Assembly (NCBI GenBank): GCA_963834795.1
Contig: CAWIDL010000021.1
Location: 29,938-93,937 of the forward strand
Reading direction: 5' to 3'
Length of the DNA: 64,000 nt
Source: an uncultured delta proteobacterium
GTDB taxonomy: Bacteria > Desulfobacterota > Desulfobaccia > Desulfobaccales > 0-14-0-80-60-11
In this document: one piece after another, positions 10,886 to 19,837 of the stretch
Position numbering within the stretch: the first letter of the stretch is position 1
How the letters are laid out: every line of letters begins with the position of its first letter
Program-made: the position numbers and the translations under genes
The notes under the pieces: model-generated
What the model was told of the DNA's origin: nothing
What the model saw: the letters and a program-made list of their open reading frames with translations, nothing else
Databases searched by the model: none

Positions 10886-11164
10886 TTAGAAGTTTCCCCT
10901 TACCGCCTCCTGGAGAATCAGTTTATCCAGGGTGAGATCCGCCACCGCCCGTCTCAGCCGGGTATTCTCTTGCTCCAGGACCTTGAGCCGTTTGGCCTGT
11001 TCAACCTTTAAACCACCGTACTCCCGGCGCCAGCGATAGAAGGTCTGTTCGCCAATCCCCAGGGTACGGCATACCTGGGCCGCCGTCCCCCCCTGTGCCA
11101 GGGCTACCTCTGCTTCCCGCAGCTTCCCGATGATCTGCTCCGGTATGTAACGCCTCCTGCTCAT
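10886..11164 (-). CDS. IS3-family transposase OrfA
   Basis: EQIIGKLRE...GIGEQTFYRWRREYGG...LEQENTRLRRAVADLTLD; ends at a GGGAAAC frameshift-type window. Confidence 0.92.
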   Translation of the reverse strand: MSRRRYIPEQIIGKLREAEVALAQGGTAAQVCRTLGIGEQTFYRWRREYGGLKVEQAKRLKVLEQENTRLRRAVADLTLDKLILQEAVRGNF

Positions 11165-11820
11165 CTCCCTGCCTCCCTTCGATCCACTACTCTAACATAA
11201 CTCGTGGATCAGTTTTTGGGGGGCAGGTCAGTAAAAAGTTGCTAAAATCTGGTCAATTTTTCATGGTAAAACAGCTTAATATGTTGTAATATCAGGGTGG
11301 CCCTGGTGGTGAATCTCAAACGCTGGGTCACCCTCTTAAAGCTGCGAAGTCCGGCCTGCTCATGGGCTAACGCCGCTTAACCTGGAACCGAGGCTCCAAA
11401 CAAGAGAAAAGAACCATCAAACCTTTAGAATTTCGAGGTGAATTCTTTATCAGTACTCAGAATCGTTAACTTGAACTTCATAGCGGCGCCTCTCCAACAA
11501 AAGAAACGCCGGAAATTAACCCTTTTGCAACGGTCTCAAGTTTATATCACTCTCGTGTAAAAGTCTCATTAGCTTCGGGTAATGTAAGCCTATTCCCCTC
11601 ATGTGCTATTGACATATTTCCATAATTTCCTTGACAGCTTTACCAAGTTGTGCTTTAAATATATCCCACGTGGAAGGGAACAGACGGACCGCAAGGATTT
11701 GCTGCGGGGTAAAGGCAAGGCAGGGCGTCAGGATAAAGCAGAGCCACTGCCACCAGCAACCGTTCAAGCACGCTAAGTGCAGCAGCTATATGCCCAGCAT
11801 CTTTTCAAAAGGAGGATAAA

Positions 11821-12270
11821 ATGAAAGGTAAGCTCATTTTCAAGCTCGGGGCACTCTCCACCATCTTGAGCTTTCTGCTGGTGATCCCCGCCTTGGGTCA
11901 GGTGAATGAGGATTTGGGGAAAAAACTCTGTGCATATAAAGCCAAGACGCTCAAAGAATTGAAGATTGGCCCGGATAAAGAAAAGGCGCTTTTAGGAGAG
12001 GAAGAAAAGTGTAATACAGAGCGCCAAGCAATCATCGCCGGCTTGAAGAAATCTAAGGAGGATTTGCAGGCCGCGTTAGCCGCGCCCAGCCCTGACGAGG
12101 CGAAGGTCAAGGGTCTGGTAGACGGCTTCATTGCCGCGCAGCTTAAATTGTTTAATTCTTTTCGGAATGAGCTGAACGAGGAAATGGCCCAAATGAGCCC
12201 GATACAACAAGGCAAGTATCTGATGGCCATGGAACGCTGGCGCCAAGATATGTGTCTGCCGGTACACTGA
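11821..12270 (+). CDS. Periplasmic Spy/CpxP/heavy-metal-sensor-like helical protein
   Basis: Signal peptide; helical hairpin with PDEAKV and a MSPIQQ (LTxxQ-like) motif; AGGAGG RBS. Confidence 0.75.
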   Translation: MKGKLIFKLGALSTILSFLLVIPALGQVNEDLGKKLCAYKAKTLKELKIGPDKEKALLGEEEKCNTERQAIIAGLKKSKEDLQAALAAPSPDEAKVKGLVDGFIAAQLKLFNSFRNELNEEMAQMSPIQQGKYLMAMERWRQDMCLPVH

Positions 12271-12280
12271 GGAGGACACC

Positions 12281-12463
12281 ATGGCTGGAAAAAGTCAAGA
12301 TACAAAAGTTAAGAACAAGGTCCTCTGTGAACTCCTGGAGGAGATCCGCCAGGAAAAGAAGAGGCGGGTAGCATTCCCGTTCTGGGGCAACTGGGGCAAC
12401 TGGGCCCGGCGCCACTGGCACGACTGGCAAAACTGGCAAAACTGGCTCAACTGGTGGACGTGA
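12281..12463 (+). CDS. Putative RiPP precursor peptide with Trp-X-X repeat core
   Basis: GAGGAGG RBS; helical leader KNKVLCELLEEIRQEKKRR; core with 9 Trp in the last 26 residues; lies directly upstream of two rSAM/SPASM genes. Confidence 0.85.
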   Translation: MAGKSQDTKVKNKVLCELLEEIRQEKKRRVAFPFWGNWGNWARRHWHDWQNWQNWLNWWT

Positions 12464-12548
12464 TATGAGAACCTATTTCTCAACTTGTCTTAGGCGGTAA
12501 ATACGTGTTCTCACCCACTTAAAGGTTGGGATACGGAGATTTGAAGCG

Positions 12549-12629
12549 CCCCTTTCCTAAGGGGGGATTTAGGGGGATTGTCAAGCTATTAGATAATCCC
12601 CCCATACCCCCCCCCTTTAGAAAAGGGGG
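12549..12629. repeat. Palindromic repeat (CCCCCCTTT..AAGGGGGG family)
   Basis: Paired hairpins; similar copy at 61418-61500. Confidence 0.75.
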
Positions 12630-12794
12630 TATTTATTTGCAAACTTAAACCCCCTTGGATGATTCAAGTTGACGTCAGAATGCGGTTTTGAAATGACTTC
12701 TCGTCGTTCAGTATTTTGATCACGCACATCACCTGGCGTTAGACTTTTCAAAACTGGTGAATACGTCCAGTGCCTCACATTCCTTTTCATTCCC

Positions 12795-14060
12795 ATGGTG
12801 AAAAATCTCTCTCCCATACAATCATACGGTCCCGATTGGGAAAAACATCTACCGGTGGTGCCCCAAATCCAGGTAACTCGGAACTGCAACCTGGCGTGCG
12901 GGTATTGCTTCCAGGAGCATTCCGGGGGTATTATCGGCCTCTCGACGGTTGAGACGATTCTACGCCGCGTCATCGCCCATAATCTGACCATTGATCCTCT
13001 CACCAAGGTAATTCAGATCTACTGGCACGGCGGTGAGCCCCTCCTGGCGGGCCTCGATTTTTTTCGCGCCATCATCGGCTTCGAGGCTCAGTATCCCGAG
13101 CTTTCTTTTGAAAACCGGATTCAGACCAACGGGACCCTCATGAGCGATGATATGGCTCGATTGCTCGCCGAATATCAATTTCAGGTGGGCTTCAGCCTCG
13201 ATGGGCCCAAGGAGATTCACGATCGGTACCGGTGTTTTCACGGGTCGCGGTCCGGATCTTTTGATGCCGCCCTGCGCGGCATTGAATGTTACCGTGGTCG
13301 CGCCATGGTAGACCGCGTGGCAGTGATTGCCGTGGTTACCCGGGCGAGCATCGACCACGCTTTCGACCTGTTTGAATTCTTCAAGGCCTTGAGAGCAGAG
13401 GTCCAGCTGGATATCTATGATGTGCGCTGGCTGGACCTGATTTCGGAGGCCGGCGAGGTTGCAGGGTTGTCAGACCTTGCCCCTCTGCCGGAAGAAGTGG
13501 GACGGTTTCTGATCGAATTGTTTGATCTTTGGTTCTGGGACCAGGAGAGGCAGGTGGATTTCAAAGAGTTGCGGCAAGAACTCAAGATGGTCCTGCAGCC
13601 GGAAATCGATCGGGGCGACCCATTCCACAAGAAACGGTGCGACTTCCGGCGCCTTATTTTCGCCCCCAATGGCAGGGTGTTCAGCTGTGACCAGTGGGTG
13701 AATGATGAGAAGACGGCCCTGGGAGATATCCACCAGGATTCCCTGGCGGCCATTTTGACGAACAAGGGCGTCCTGTGGGAAAAGATTAAGCAGAGGATTC
13801 GGCGGTCCGGGAAATATATGGCCTGTGGAGGCTGTGAATGGGGCCGGCAGTGTGGCGGCGGGTGTTTCACCTGCATGAAATACAACGCGATGCTGCTCCG
13901 CGCCCGGTCAGAGGGACTGCCTGACAACCGCTGGGCCGACGCCGTCCTCCCTCCCGCTTGGGATGAGGTCCGCGGGGAGACGTACTTCTGTGAGGGGCTG
14001 AGAGCTTTCCGTCACCACCTGCGGGAAGTCGTCCGGCGGGAGCTCGCCAATGCCGGTTGA
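12795..14060 (+). CDS. Radical SAM/SPASM protein 1 (anSME-like; putative peptide maturase)
   Basis: CNLACGYC, WHGGEPLL, QTNGTL, SLDGP..HD; C-terminal C..C and CxxC-x5-C-x3-C..C. Confidence 0.92.
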   Translation: MVKNLSPIQSYGPDWEKHLPVVPQIQVTRNCNLACGYCFQEHSGGIIGLSTVETILRRVIAHNLTIDPLTKVIQIYWHGGEPLLAGLDFFRAIIGFEAQYPELSFENRIQTNGTLMSDDMARLLAEYQFQVGFSLDGPKEIHDRYRCFHGSRSGSFDAALRGIECYRGRAMVDRVAVIAVVTRASIDHAFDLFEFFKALRAEVQLDIYDVRWLDLISEAGEVAGLSDLAPLPEEVGRFLIELFDLWFWDQERQVDFKELRQELKMVLQPEIDRGDPFHKKRCDFRRLIFAPNGRVFSCDQWVNDEKTALGDIHQDSLAAILTNKGVLWEKIKQRIRRSGKYMACGGCEWGRQCGGGCFTCMKYNAMLLRARSEGLPDNRWADAVLPPAWDEVRGETYFCEGLRAFRHHLREVVRRELANAG

Positions 14061-15159
14061 TGCCAACGACGCCTTCACCCTTATCCTGGAGCCGGTGAAG
14101 CGCTGCAATCTAAGGTGCCGATATTGCTATTCGGACGGTGCCGGGGCCGGCGTCATGAGCCGGCATACGCTGCAGACGGCCTTGGAAAAAACGGCCCGCT
14201 ATGCCGAGCGACATGGGTTCAGGGAAATCCATATCCTCTGGCATGGGGGAGAACCCCTCCTGGCGGGCCTCGGGTTCTTCAGGGACGCGATGAAAATTCT
14301 TGACGGGCTTTCCTCGGACCTGAGATTCCATCATTATCTCCAGACCAACAGCCTGCTCCTCGATTATTACTTTTGTGCCTTTTTCCATGACCACGAGTTC
14401 CAGATTGGTATTAGCCTCGACGGCCCCCAAGTCTTGCACGACTCGATGCGAATCGGTGCAGATGGGCAGGGAAGCCACGCGGCGGTTTTGGAGAAAGTTC
14501 GCCTTTTGGAAGAACAGGGCGTGTCAGCGGGGTTCAACGCGGTCGTTATCCGGCGGAGCCTGGGTCAGGAGAAGGCAATCTACCGGTACTTTCAGGGCCT
14601 AGGGTACGGTTTCCGCGTTAACCCGATGGTTCCGGGGCGCAACCCAGAGACCTCTGCACCATACTTGCTTCAGCCAGGGGAATATGGCTCATTTCTTTGC
14701 CGCTTATTCGACGAATGGGCCAGTACGGATGGCCAGCGGGTCACAGTGTCGCCTCTGGACCTTTACCTGGAGGCAATTCTTGGTGGTGTGCCTTACGAAT
14801 GTCAGCAGCAAGGCACCTGTGCCGGGTCGCACCTCGGAGTGAAACCCTCTGGGGATGCCGTGCTGTGCAGCCGGTTTGAGACCCACCCCTTAGGGAATAT
14901 CCACGACAGTGAAATCCAGGAATTGGTAGCTTTACCTTTTTGCGAAGATATTCGCCGGCGCGCAGAGACGCTTTCATCCTGCCACACCTGTATGTACTGG
15001 TCAATCTGCCACGGCGGGTGCCCCCTCAACGCCTTGGTGTTTTGTCATGACCATATGGCAAAGGACCCTTTCTGCAAAGATTATCAGCTCATATTTGCAA
15101 GAATCCATCGAGCTCTGGCAGCTCTGCAAAGAAAGTCCCAAGCCTACCCAGAGCCATGA
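14050..15159 (+). CDS. Radical SAM/SPASM protein 2 (anSME-like; putative peptide maturase)
   Basis: CNLRCRYC, WHGGEPLL, SLDGP..HD; C-x5-C..C and CxxC-x5-C-x3-C..C; overlaps the upstream gene by 11 nt. Confidence 0.92.
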   Translation: MPVDANDAFTLILEPVKRCNLRCRYCYSDGAGAGVMSRHTLQTALEKTARYAERHGFREIHILWHGGEPLLAGLGFFRDAMKILDGLSSDLRFHHYLQTNSLLLDYYFCAFFHDHEFQIGISLDGPQVLHDSMRIGADGQGSHAAVLEKVRLLEEQGVSAGFNAVVIRRSLGQEKAIYRYFQGLGYGFRVNPMVPGRNPETSAPYLLQPGEYGSFLCRLFDEWASTDGQRVTVSPLDLYLEAILGGVPYECQQQGTCAGSHLGVKPSGDAVLCSRFETHPLGNIHDSEIQELVALPFCEDIRRRAETLSSCHTCMYWSICHGGCPLNALVFCHDHMAKDPFCKDYQLIFARIHRALAALQRKSQAYPEP

Positions 15160-16835
15160 GACCCTGGATTACTGGCATCATCTCACGCTACCGCTTCCCT
15201 CTGACGCTATTAGTTTTCGTGCAGCTCGGCTGCGGGGTGCTCATCGCGCTGCAGCCGCGCTACTATCAACAGCTGGTAAGCCTTGCCATCAATGGCCAAT
15301 ACGCCAATCTTTGGACCTCGGGGCTGCCCTTGCTCCAGCAACTGACCCTTATCTTCCTTGCCATCGCAGTGCTGCAAGGGATTAGCGGGTATATTGGCAC
15401 CGTCTTTTCTTTCAACCTGCTCAAGCAGCTTCAAACCGATTTTTTCGATAAGGCAAGCCACCTGCCCTTGACCTATTTCCAGAAGCAATCCGCCGGCGAA
15501 TTTTTCACCAAGTTCTCCAGCGATATTGCGCAAGCCCAGCGGTTCTTCGCTGATTTTCTTCCAGGGGTCGGGCGCGAACTCATCACCGCGATGGCGGTGA
15601 CGGTCGTCCTCTTCTATTTCTGCCCAGCCTCGCTTACCATGGCGGCCCTTGGCATCGTGGGCATCACCGCGATCCTCGTGACCGTCCTCAACCGAATTAT
15701 GGGTGTTTATGCGAGGGCTCAGCGGGCCACGTGGAGCGAAATACAGCGGGTCTTCGACGAAACAATTCAGGGAATCGACACAGTCAAGGTACTGGCTGCC
15801 GAGGGGCAGCAAGCAGCACATTTCCAGAGGCACACCACCGGACTGAAGAAGCTTTCTGTGCGAGCCGGGGCGGTGCTCTCGGTGTTTTCCCCCGGTATTG
15901 AGCTTCTCACCCAACTGGGCGGCTTAGGGTTGGTGGCCATGGCCTATTACCTGATCGCCAGAGGTAAGTTGCGTCTCGATCCTTTTTTGCTTTTTTTCTT
16001 TTACGCCAGCCTATTGCAGATGTCGGTCACCCAACTCACCAGGTTGGTGGCCAACGTGCAGACCGAATTCACCGGGATTCAACATCTGGCCGGATTTCTA
16101 GCTGAAGCCCCTGAGGCAGAAGATAGCCACCCCACGGTAACTCTGCCAAGCCAATCCGTCGCCATCGAGTTATCCAGTCTGACATTCGGTTACCCGGGAG
16201 GGCGGCGGCTCTACAACCGGGCGCACCTGCTTATTCCAGGAAATTCCGTCACCGTCATTGGTGGCGAAAGTGGAAGCGGTAAATCCACTCTCATCAATTT
16301 GCTCCTACGCCTTTATGCACCCGAGGAAGGAGTCATCTCCATCGGCGGGATCGACATCCGGCGGATTTCACGCACTGAGCTTCGGAGGAAAGTTGGGGTT
16401 GTCACCCAAAATCACTTTATTTTCCAGGAGACGCTGAGAGACAACCTCCTCATCGCTCAGCCGGACGCGAGTGACCGACAGATTTTGCAGGCCCTTGAAC
16501 GCGCCCAGTTAAAGGACTTTTTGGCGCGTTTGCCTCAGGGCATTGAAACAGTAATGGACCCGCGTGGCATAGGTGCTAGCACCGGTGAGAGGCAGCGGAT
16601 TTGCATTGCCAGGCTGCTATTGAGAGAGTCGCCGATCATGATTCTAGATGAACCATGGTCAAACCTCGACGACAGGGCACGCAAACTCCTTGCCGAGGTC
16701 ATCAACGCTTGCAAAAGTACCGCAACCATTTTAATTCTAACCCATGAGCGCCATCCGGCACTCGCCGTTGATCGACTGTACCATTTAGACGGGGCCCAAG
16801 GGATCTTAATCCAAGAGGACCCTGCTGCAGCCTAA
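15156..16835 (+). CDS. ABC exporter, fused permease/ATPase, no C39 peptidase domain
   Basis: N-terminal TM domain, Walker A GESGSGKST, Walker B ILDEP, H-loop; ATGA overlap with rSAM 2. Confidence 0.93.
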   Translation: MRPWITGIISRYRFPLTLLVFVQLGCGVLIALQPRYYQQLVSLAINGQYANLWTSGLPLLQQLTLIFLAIAVLQGISGYIGTVFSFNLLKQLQTDFFDKASHLPLTYFQKQSAGEFFTKFSSDIAQAQRFFADFLPGVGRELITAMAVTVVLFYFCPASLTMAALGIVGITAILVTVLNRIMGVYARAQRATWSEIQRVFDETIQGIDTVKVLAAEGQQAAHFQRHTTGLKKLSVRAGAVLSVFSPGIELLTQLGGLGLVAMAYYLIARGKLRLDPFLLFFFYASLLQMSVTQLTRLVANVQTEFTGIQHLAGFLAEAPEAEDSHPTVTLPSQSVAIELSSLTFGYPGGRRLYNRAHLLIPGNSVTVIGGESGSGKSTLINLLLRLYAPEEGVISIGGIDIRRISRTELRRKVGVVTQNHFIFQETLRDNLLIAQPDASDRQILQALERAQLKDFLARLPQGIETVMDPRGIGASTGERQRICIARLLLRESPIMILDEPWSNLDDRARKLLAEVINACKSTATILILTHERHPALAVDRLYHLDGAQGILIQEDPAAA

Positions 16836-16841
16836 CGAAGA

Positions 16842-16955
16842 GAATATGAGGATTTTTTTGCATACAGTCAACTGGCATGGGCATATATTTTTCTCGGTCG
16901 TGATAACGATGCCCTAACAGCCTTAAAAGAGGCCGTACGTCTGAGACCCGATTAA
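16842..16955 (+). pseudogene. Single-TPR gene remnant
   Basis: Translates to EYEDFFAYSQLAWAYIFLGRDNDALTALKEAVRLRPD*, a TPR-consensus unit with no start codon. Confidence 0.55.
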
Positions 16956-17490
16956 TGATCACTACTATGACTGGAAACTTATCAAGGTGTCAAAAACTTG
17001 TCATATCCAAATCATATCCACAATTTTTAGCGCCCCACTCATAAGGGTCTATTGTGGCAAGCTAGTGCGCATCGACCTTTTTCATGGATTATTTACCTGC
17101 GGCCCCACCTTAGCGGGGAACCACGAATAGGAGACTGGCTTGGATTCTAAAAGAATACTGGAGCACTTTGCCAACTTGACTTTGCACATAGGAGATATGC
17201 CCAAAATTCATAAAAAAAAGTATCCTTTCAAAAAAATTTTTGTTATAGTTGCGTCCACGAGAGGAGTTGGCTTCAAGAACAGAAACATTCGTCGATTTTC
17301 CTCGGGCTACGAGGTCTAAAGAACCATTATTAAACTGCAGTGGCCAGTGCTGCAATATAATCTTGGTTTTTAGGGAATATTTAATTCAAATAGACTAAAA
17401 AGAACGCCAAAAGCTGGACCCAAGATAAATATATAATAAGAGGGTTTTACAAGAACTGGAACTATCTTTTTAACTGATGTAAGTTGATTC

Positions 17491-19053
17491 ATGACAATGA
17501 AGATACAAAGCCTATGTAAGCAGTATGCTGCTGTGAGTCTTAAGAAAGATATTAGCATACTAACCGAAAACGAGCGTAAGATGATTTCATTGCTTATCGA
17601 AGCGGCACAAGTAATGGAAGAAATTTTTTGGGTGCAAGCTTATGGAGAAAAGGAGACGTTGCTTGCGTCAATTGAAGATCCCCTGATAAGGCGTTACGTA
17701 CAGATGAACTTTGGGCCCTGGGATCGCCTACGTAACAACCAGCCGTTTATCAATGGTGCTGGATCGAAACCACTTGGAGCGAACTTCTATCCATCAGACA
17801 TGACAAAAACAGAATTCGAAGCCGCAGCAACAATAAGCCCTGAACTCAAGGGGCAATACTCGATGGTGCTCAGGAAGGACAATGAACAACTTGTTGCCAT
17901 TCCTTACCATGTATTTTTCCAAAGTCAAGTAAGGTTAGCTTCCAATAAGTTGAAAGAAGCTGCTAACCTAAGTGATGATGAAAACCTAAAACGTTTTCTA
18001 ACAATGCGGTCTGAAGCCCTTTTAACAGATAATTACCAACTTAGTGATCTAGCTTGGATGGACATGAAGGAAAACACGATTGATATTGTAATTGGACCAA
18101 TCGAGACTTACGAGGATCAGCTTTTCGGTTATAAGTCTTCCTATGAGGCTTTTATTATGGTCAAGGATTGGCAAGCGACTAAGAACCTTGATCGATATGT
18201 TGATCTCCTATCACACTTACAACAAAATCTTCCTATGCCCAATTCTTATAAACTTGAAGGAGCTGGTTCAAGTAGCGATTTGAATGTCTACGATCTTATC
18301 TATTGTAGCGGTGAGGCCAATTCCGGGGCCAAATTCATAGCACTTAACCTGCCTAACGATGAGGATGTTCAGGTTGCAAAGGGTTCACGGCGATTGTATT
18401 TCAAAAACGTAATGAATGCGAAATTTAATAAGATTTTATTGCCATTTGCTAATAAGATAATAGCAAAAGATCAGCGTATACATATTACAAATTATGCATT
18501 TTTCTACAATATTATCTTTCATGAAGTTTCACATGGTCTTGGTATTAAGCATACAATTACTAATAAATTAGCGGTTCATACATCTTTAAAAGATATAGAT
18601 TCCCCAATTGAAGAATGTAAAGCTGATATTTTGAGCCTGTACTTGCTGGAAAAACTAAGCGAATGGGGTGAGTTAATCGAAGTTAACCTACTCGACAACT
18701 ATGTTACGTTTTTAGCTAGTATATTACGTTCAATACGACTAGGAATGTGTAATGCTCACAGTCGTGCCAACCTGATTCATCTCAACTTTTTTAAAAACTT
18801 TGGTGCGGTTTTGCGAGAGCCAGAAACAGGGTTGTACCGCGTTGTTTTTGGGAAAATAAGAGAAGCTGTACATATACTATCCGAACGCATCTTGCGCTTT
18901 CAAGGTGAAGGGGACTACGAGGGTGTTTTATCATTTATGGATATTTATTGTAAAATTGATGATGAACTTAAGCATGATCTTGATCCCATCAATTTGGCAG
19001 AAATTCCTACAGACATTACCTTTAAGCAGGGTTTAGAGTTGATGGGTCTTTAG
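17491..19053 (+). CDS. Dipeptidyl-peptidase III-like (M49) zinc peptidase, HEXXH type
   Basis: GPWDRL, GANFYP.DM, GPIETYED.LFG.K, NLPND, HEVSHGLG and EECKAD; AT-rich. Confidence 0.88.
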   Translation: MTMKIQSLCKQYAAVSLKKDISILTENERKMISLLIEAAQVMEEIFWVQAYGEKETLLASIEDPLIRRYVQMNFGPWDRLRNNQPFINGAGSKPLGANFYPSDMTKTEFEAAATISPELKGQYSMVLRKDNEQLVAIPYHVFFQSQVRLASNKLKEAANLSDDENLKRFLTMRSEALLTDNYQLSDLAWMDMKENTIDIVIGPIETYEDQLFGYKSSYEAFIMVKDWQATKNLDRYVDLLSHLQQNLPMPNSYKLEGAGSSSDLNVYDLIYCSGEANSGAKFIALNLPNDEDVQVAKGSRRLYFKNVMNAKFNKILLPFANKIIAKDQRIHITNYAFFYNIIFHEVSHGLGIKHTITNKLAVHTSLKDIDSPIEECKADILSLYLLEKLSEWGELIEVNLLDNYVTFLASILRSIRLGMCNAHSRANLIHLNFFKNFGAVLREPETGLYRVVFGKIREAVHILSERILRFQGEGDYEGVLSFMDIYCKIDDELKHDLDPINLAEIPTDITFKQGLELMGL

Positions 19054-19219
19054 GTGTAGAGTATTATGGATATAAATTTATATATAAATGGAAGCTGATA
19101 GTTATCATTTTTGTATGAAATGAAGTGTACAAATGTATTGGATCCAACGTTATGGCTTCAGGATGATTTTGCTTTTATCAGTTACAATAACTAATGCTTA
19201 AGAGATACAGGAGGCAGCA

Positions 19220-19837
19220 ATGACGTATCACGACAACATTAAACTTATCTCGTTGGCCGTCAACATATTATCTTTGCTGGTTATTGGTATTACTGCATTT
19301 TATATTAAAAAGCAAGCCGAATTATTTCGTAAACAAATATCAGAAAACCACGAATGGAATCGCAGAAAAACAACTCAGGAAGTTTTAATGGATCTATCAT
19401 ATGGGGAGTTTCCTAATAAGGTCCAAAAATTAAAGAAAGAGTATGGCTTAGAGTTCTCAGATAAATGCAACCCCTATACTAAACTCGCCGAATCACTGGA
19501 AGGCGATAAACTGAAAGATTTTGAGTTAATTATCGAAAGTATATGCAATATCTTAGAATCTTTTTGTATAAATATGAAAAATAAAATTATTGATCCAGAG
19601 ATCTGTTATGATTATATGTCCCTTATAATGACCGAATGCTATAAATTTTGTACTCCATTTATAGAAAAGAGGAGAAAACTATACGATGATGAACTAGTTT
19701 ATTTCGAATTAGAGGTTCATGCTAAAGAATGGCTAAAACGAATTAATAAAGAAAAAGAGTTTATAGATGACAAGAAGAAAGAGTTGAAAAATCAGATAAT
19801 TGATGCAATCAGACCAAAAGGAAAGGAAAAACTTTAG
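19220..19837 (+). CDS. Membrane-anchored hypothetical protein (DUF4760-like)
   Basis: N-terminal TM helix, N.LE..C, Y.ELE..A..W; very AT-rich; GGAGG RBS. Confidence 0.7.
   Translation: MTYHDNIKLISLAVNILSLLVIGITAFYIKKQAELFRKQISENHEWNRRKTTQEVLMDLSYGEFPNKVQKLKKEYGLEFSDKCNPYTKLAESLEGDKLKDFELIIESICNILESFCINMKNKIIDPEICYDYMSLIMTECYKFCTPFIEKRRKLYDDELVYFELEVHAKEWLKRINKEKEFIDDKKKELKNQIIDAIRPKGKEKL

Larger units (their letters stand above)
10577..11230 (-). mobile_element. IS3-family element, internally deleted (non-autonomous)
   Basis: 12-bp terminal inverted repeat TGACCTGCCCCC at 10577 and 11230; intact orfA and 5' part of orfB inside; DDE domain missing. Confidence 0.88.

Noticed and set aside
11290-11370. 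Transposase C-terminal fragment (VALVVNLKRWV)
   Set aside because: Too short to support
11660-11800. Possible c-di-GMP riboswitch in the RiPP operon leader
   Set aside because: Only a 3'-like AGCCACTGCC is present; the GGCAAA/GAAA/CGCAAAGC core is not recognisable. cmscan would settle it
12281-12463. Trp attenuator leader peptide
   Set aside because: Too long, Trp is periodic rather than simply tandem, and no trp genes follow
12795-15159. Anaerobic sulfatase maturases as the function of the rSAMs
   Set aside because: No sulfatase nearby; the adjacent peptide and exporter favour peptide modification, although the fold is anSME-like
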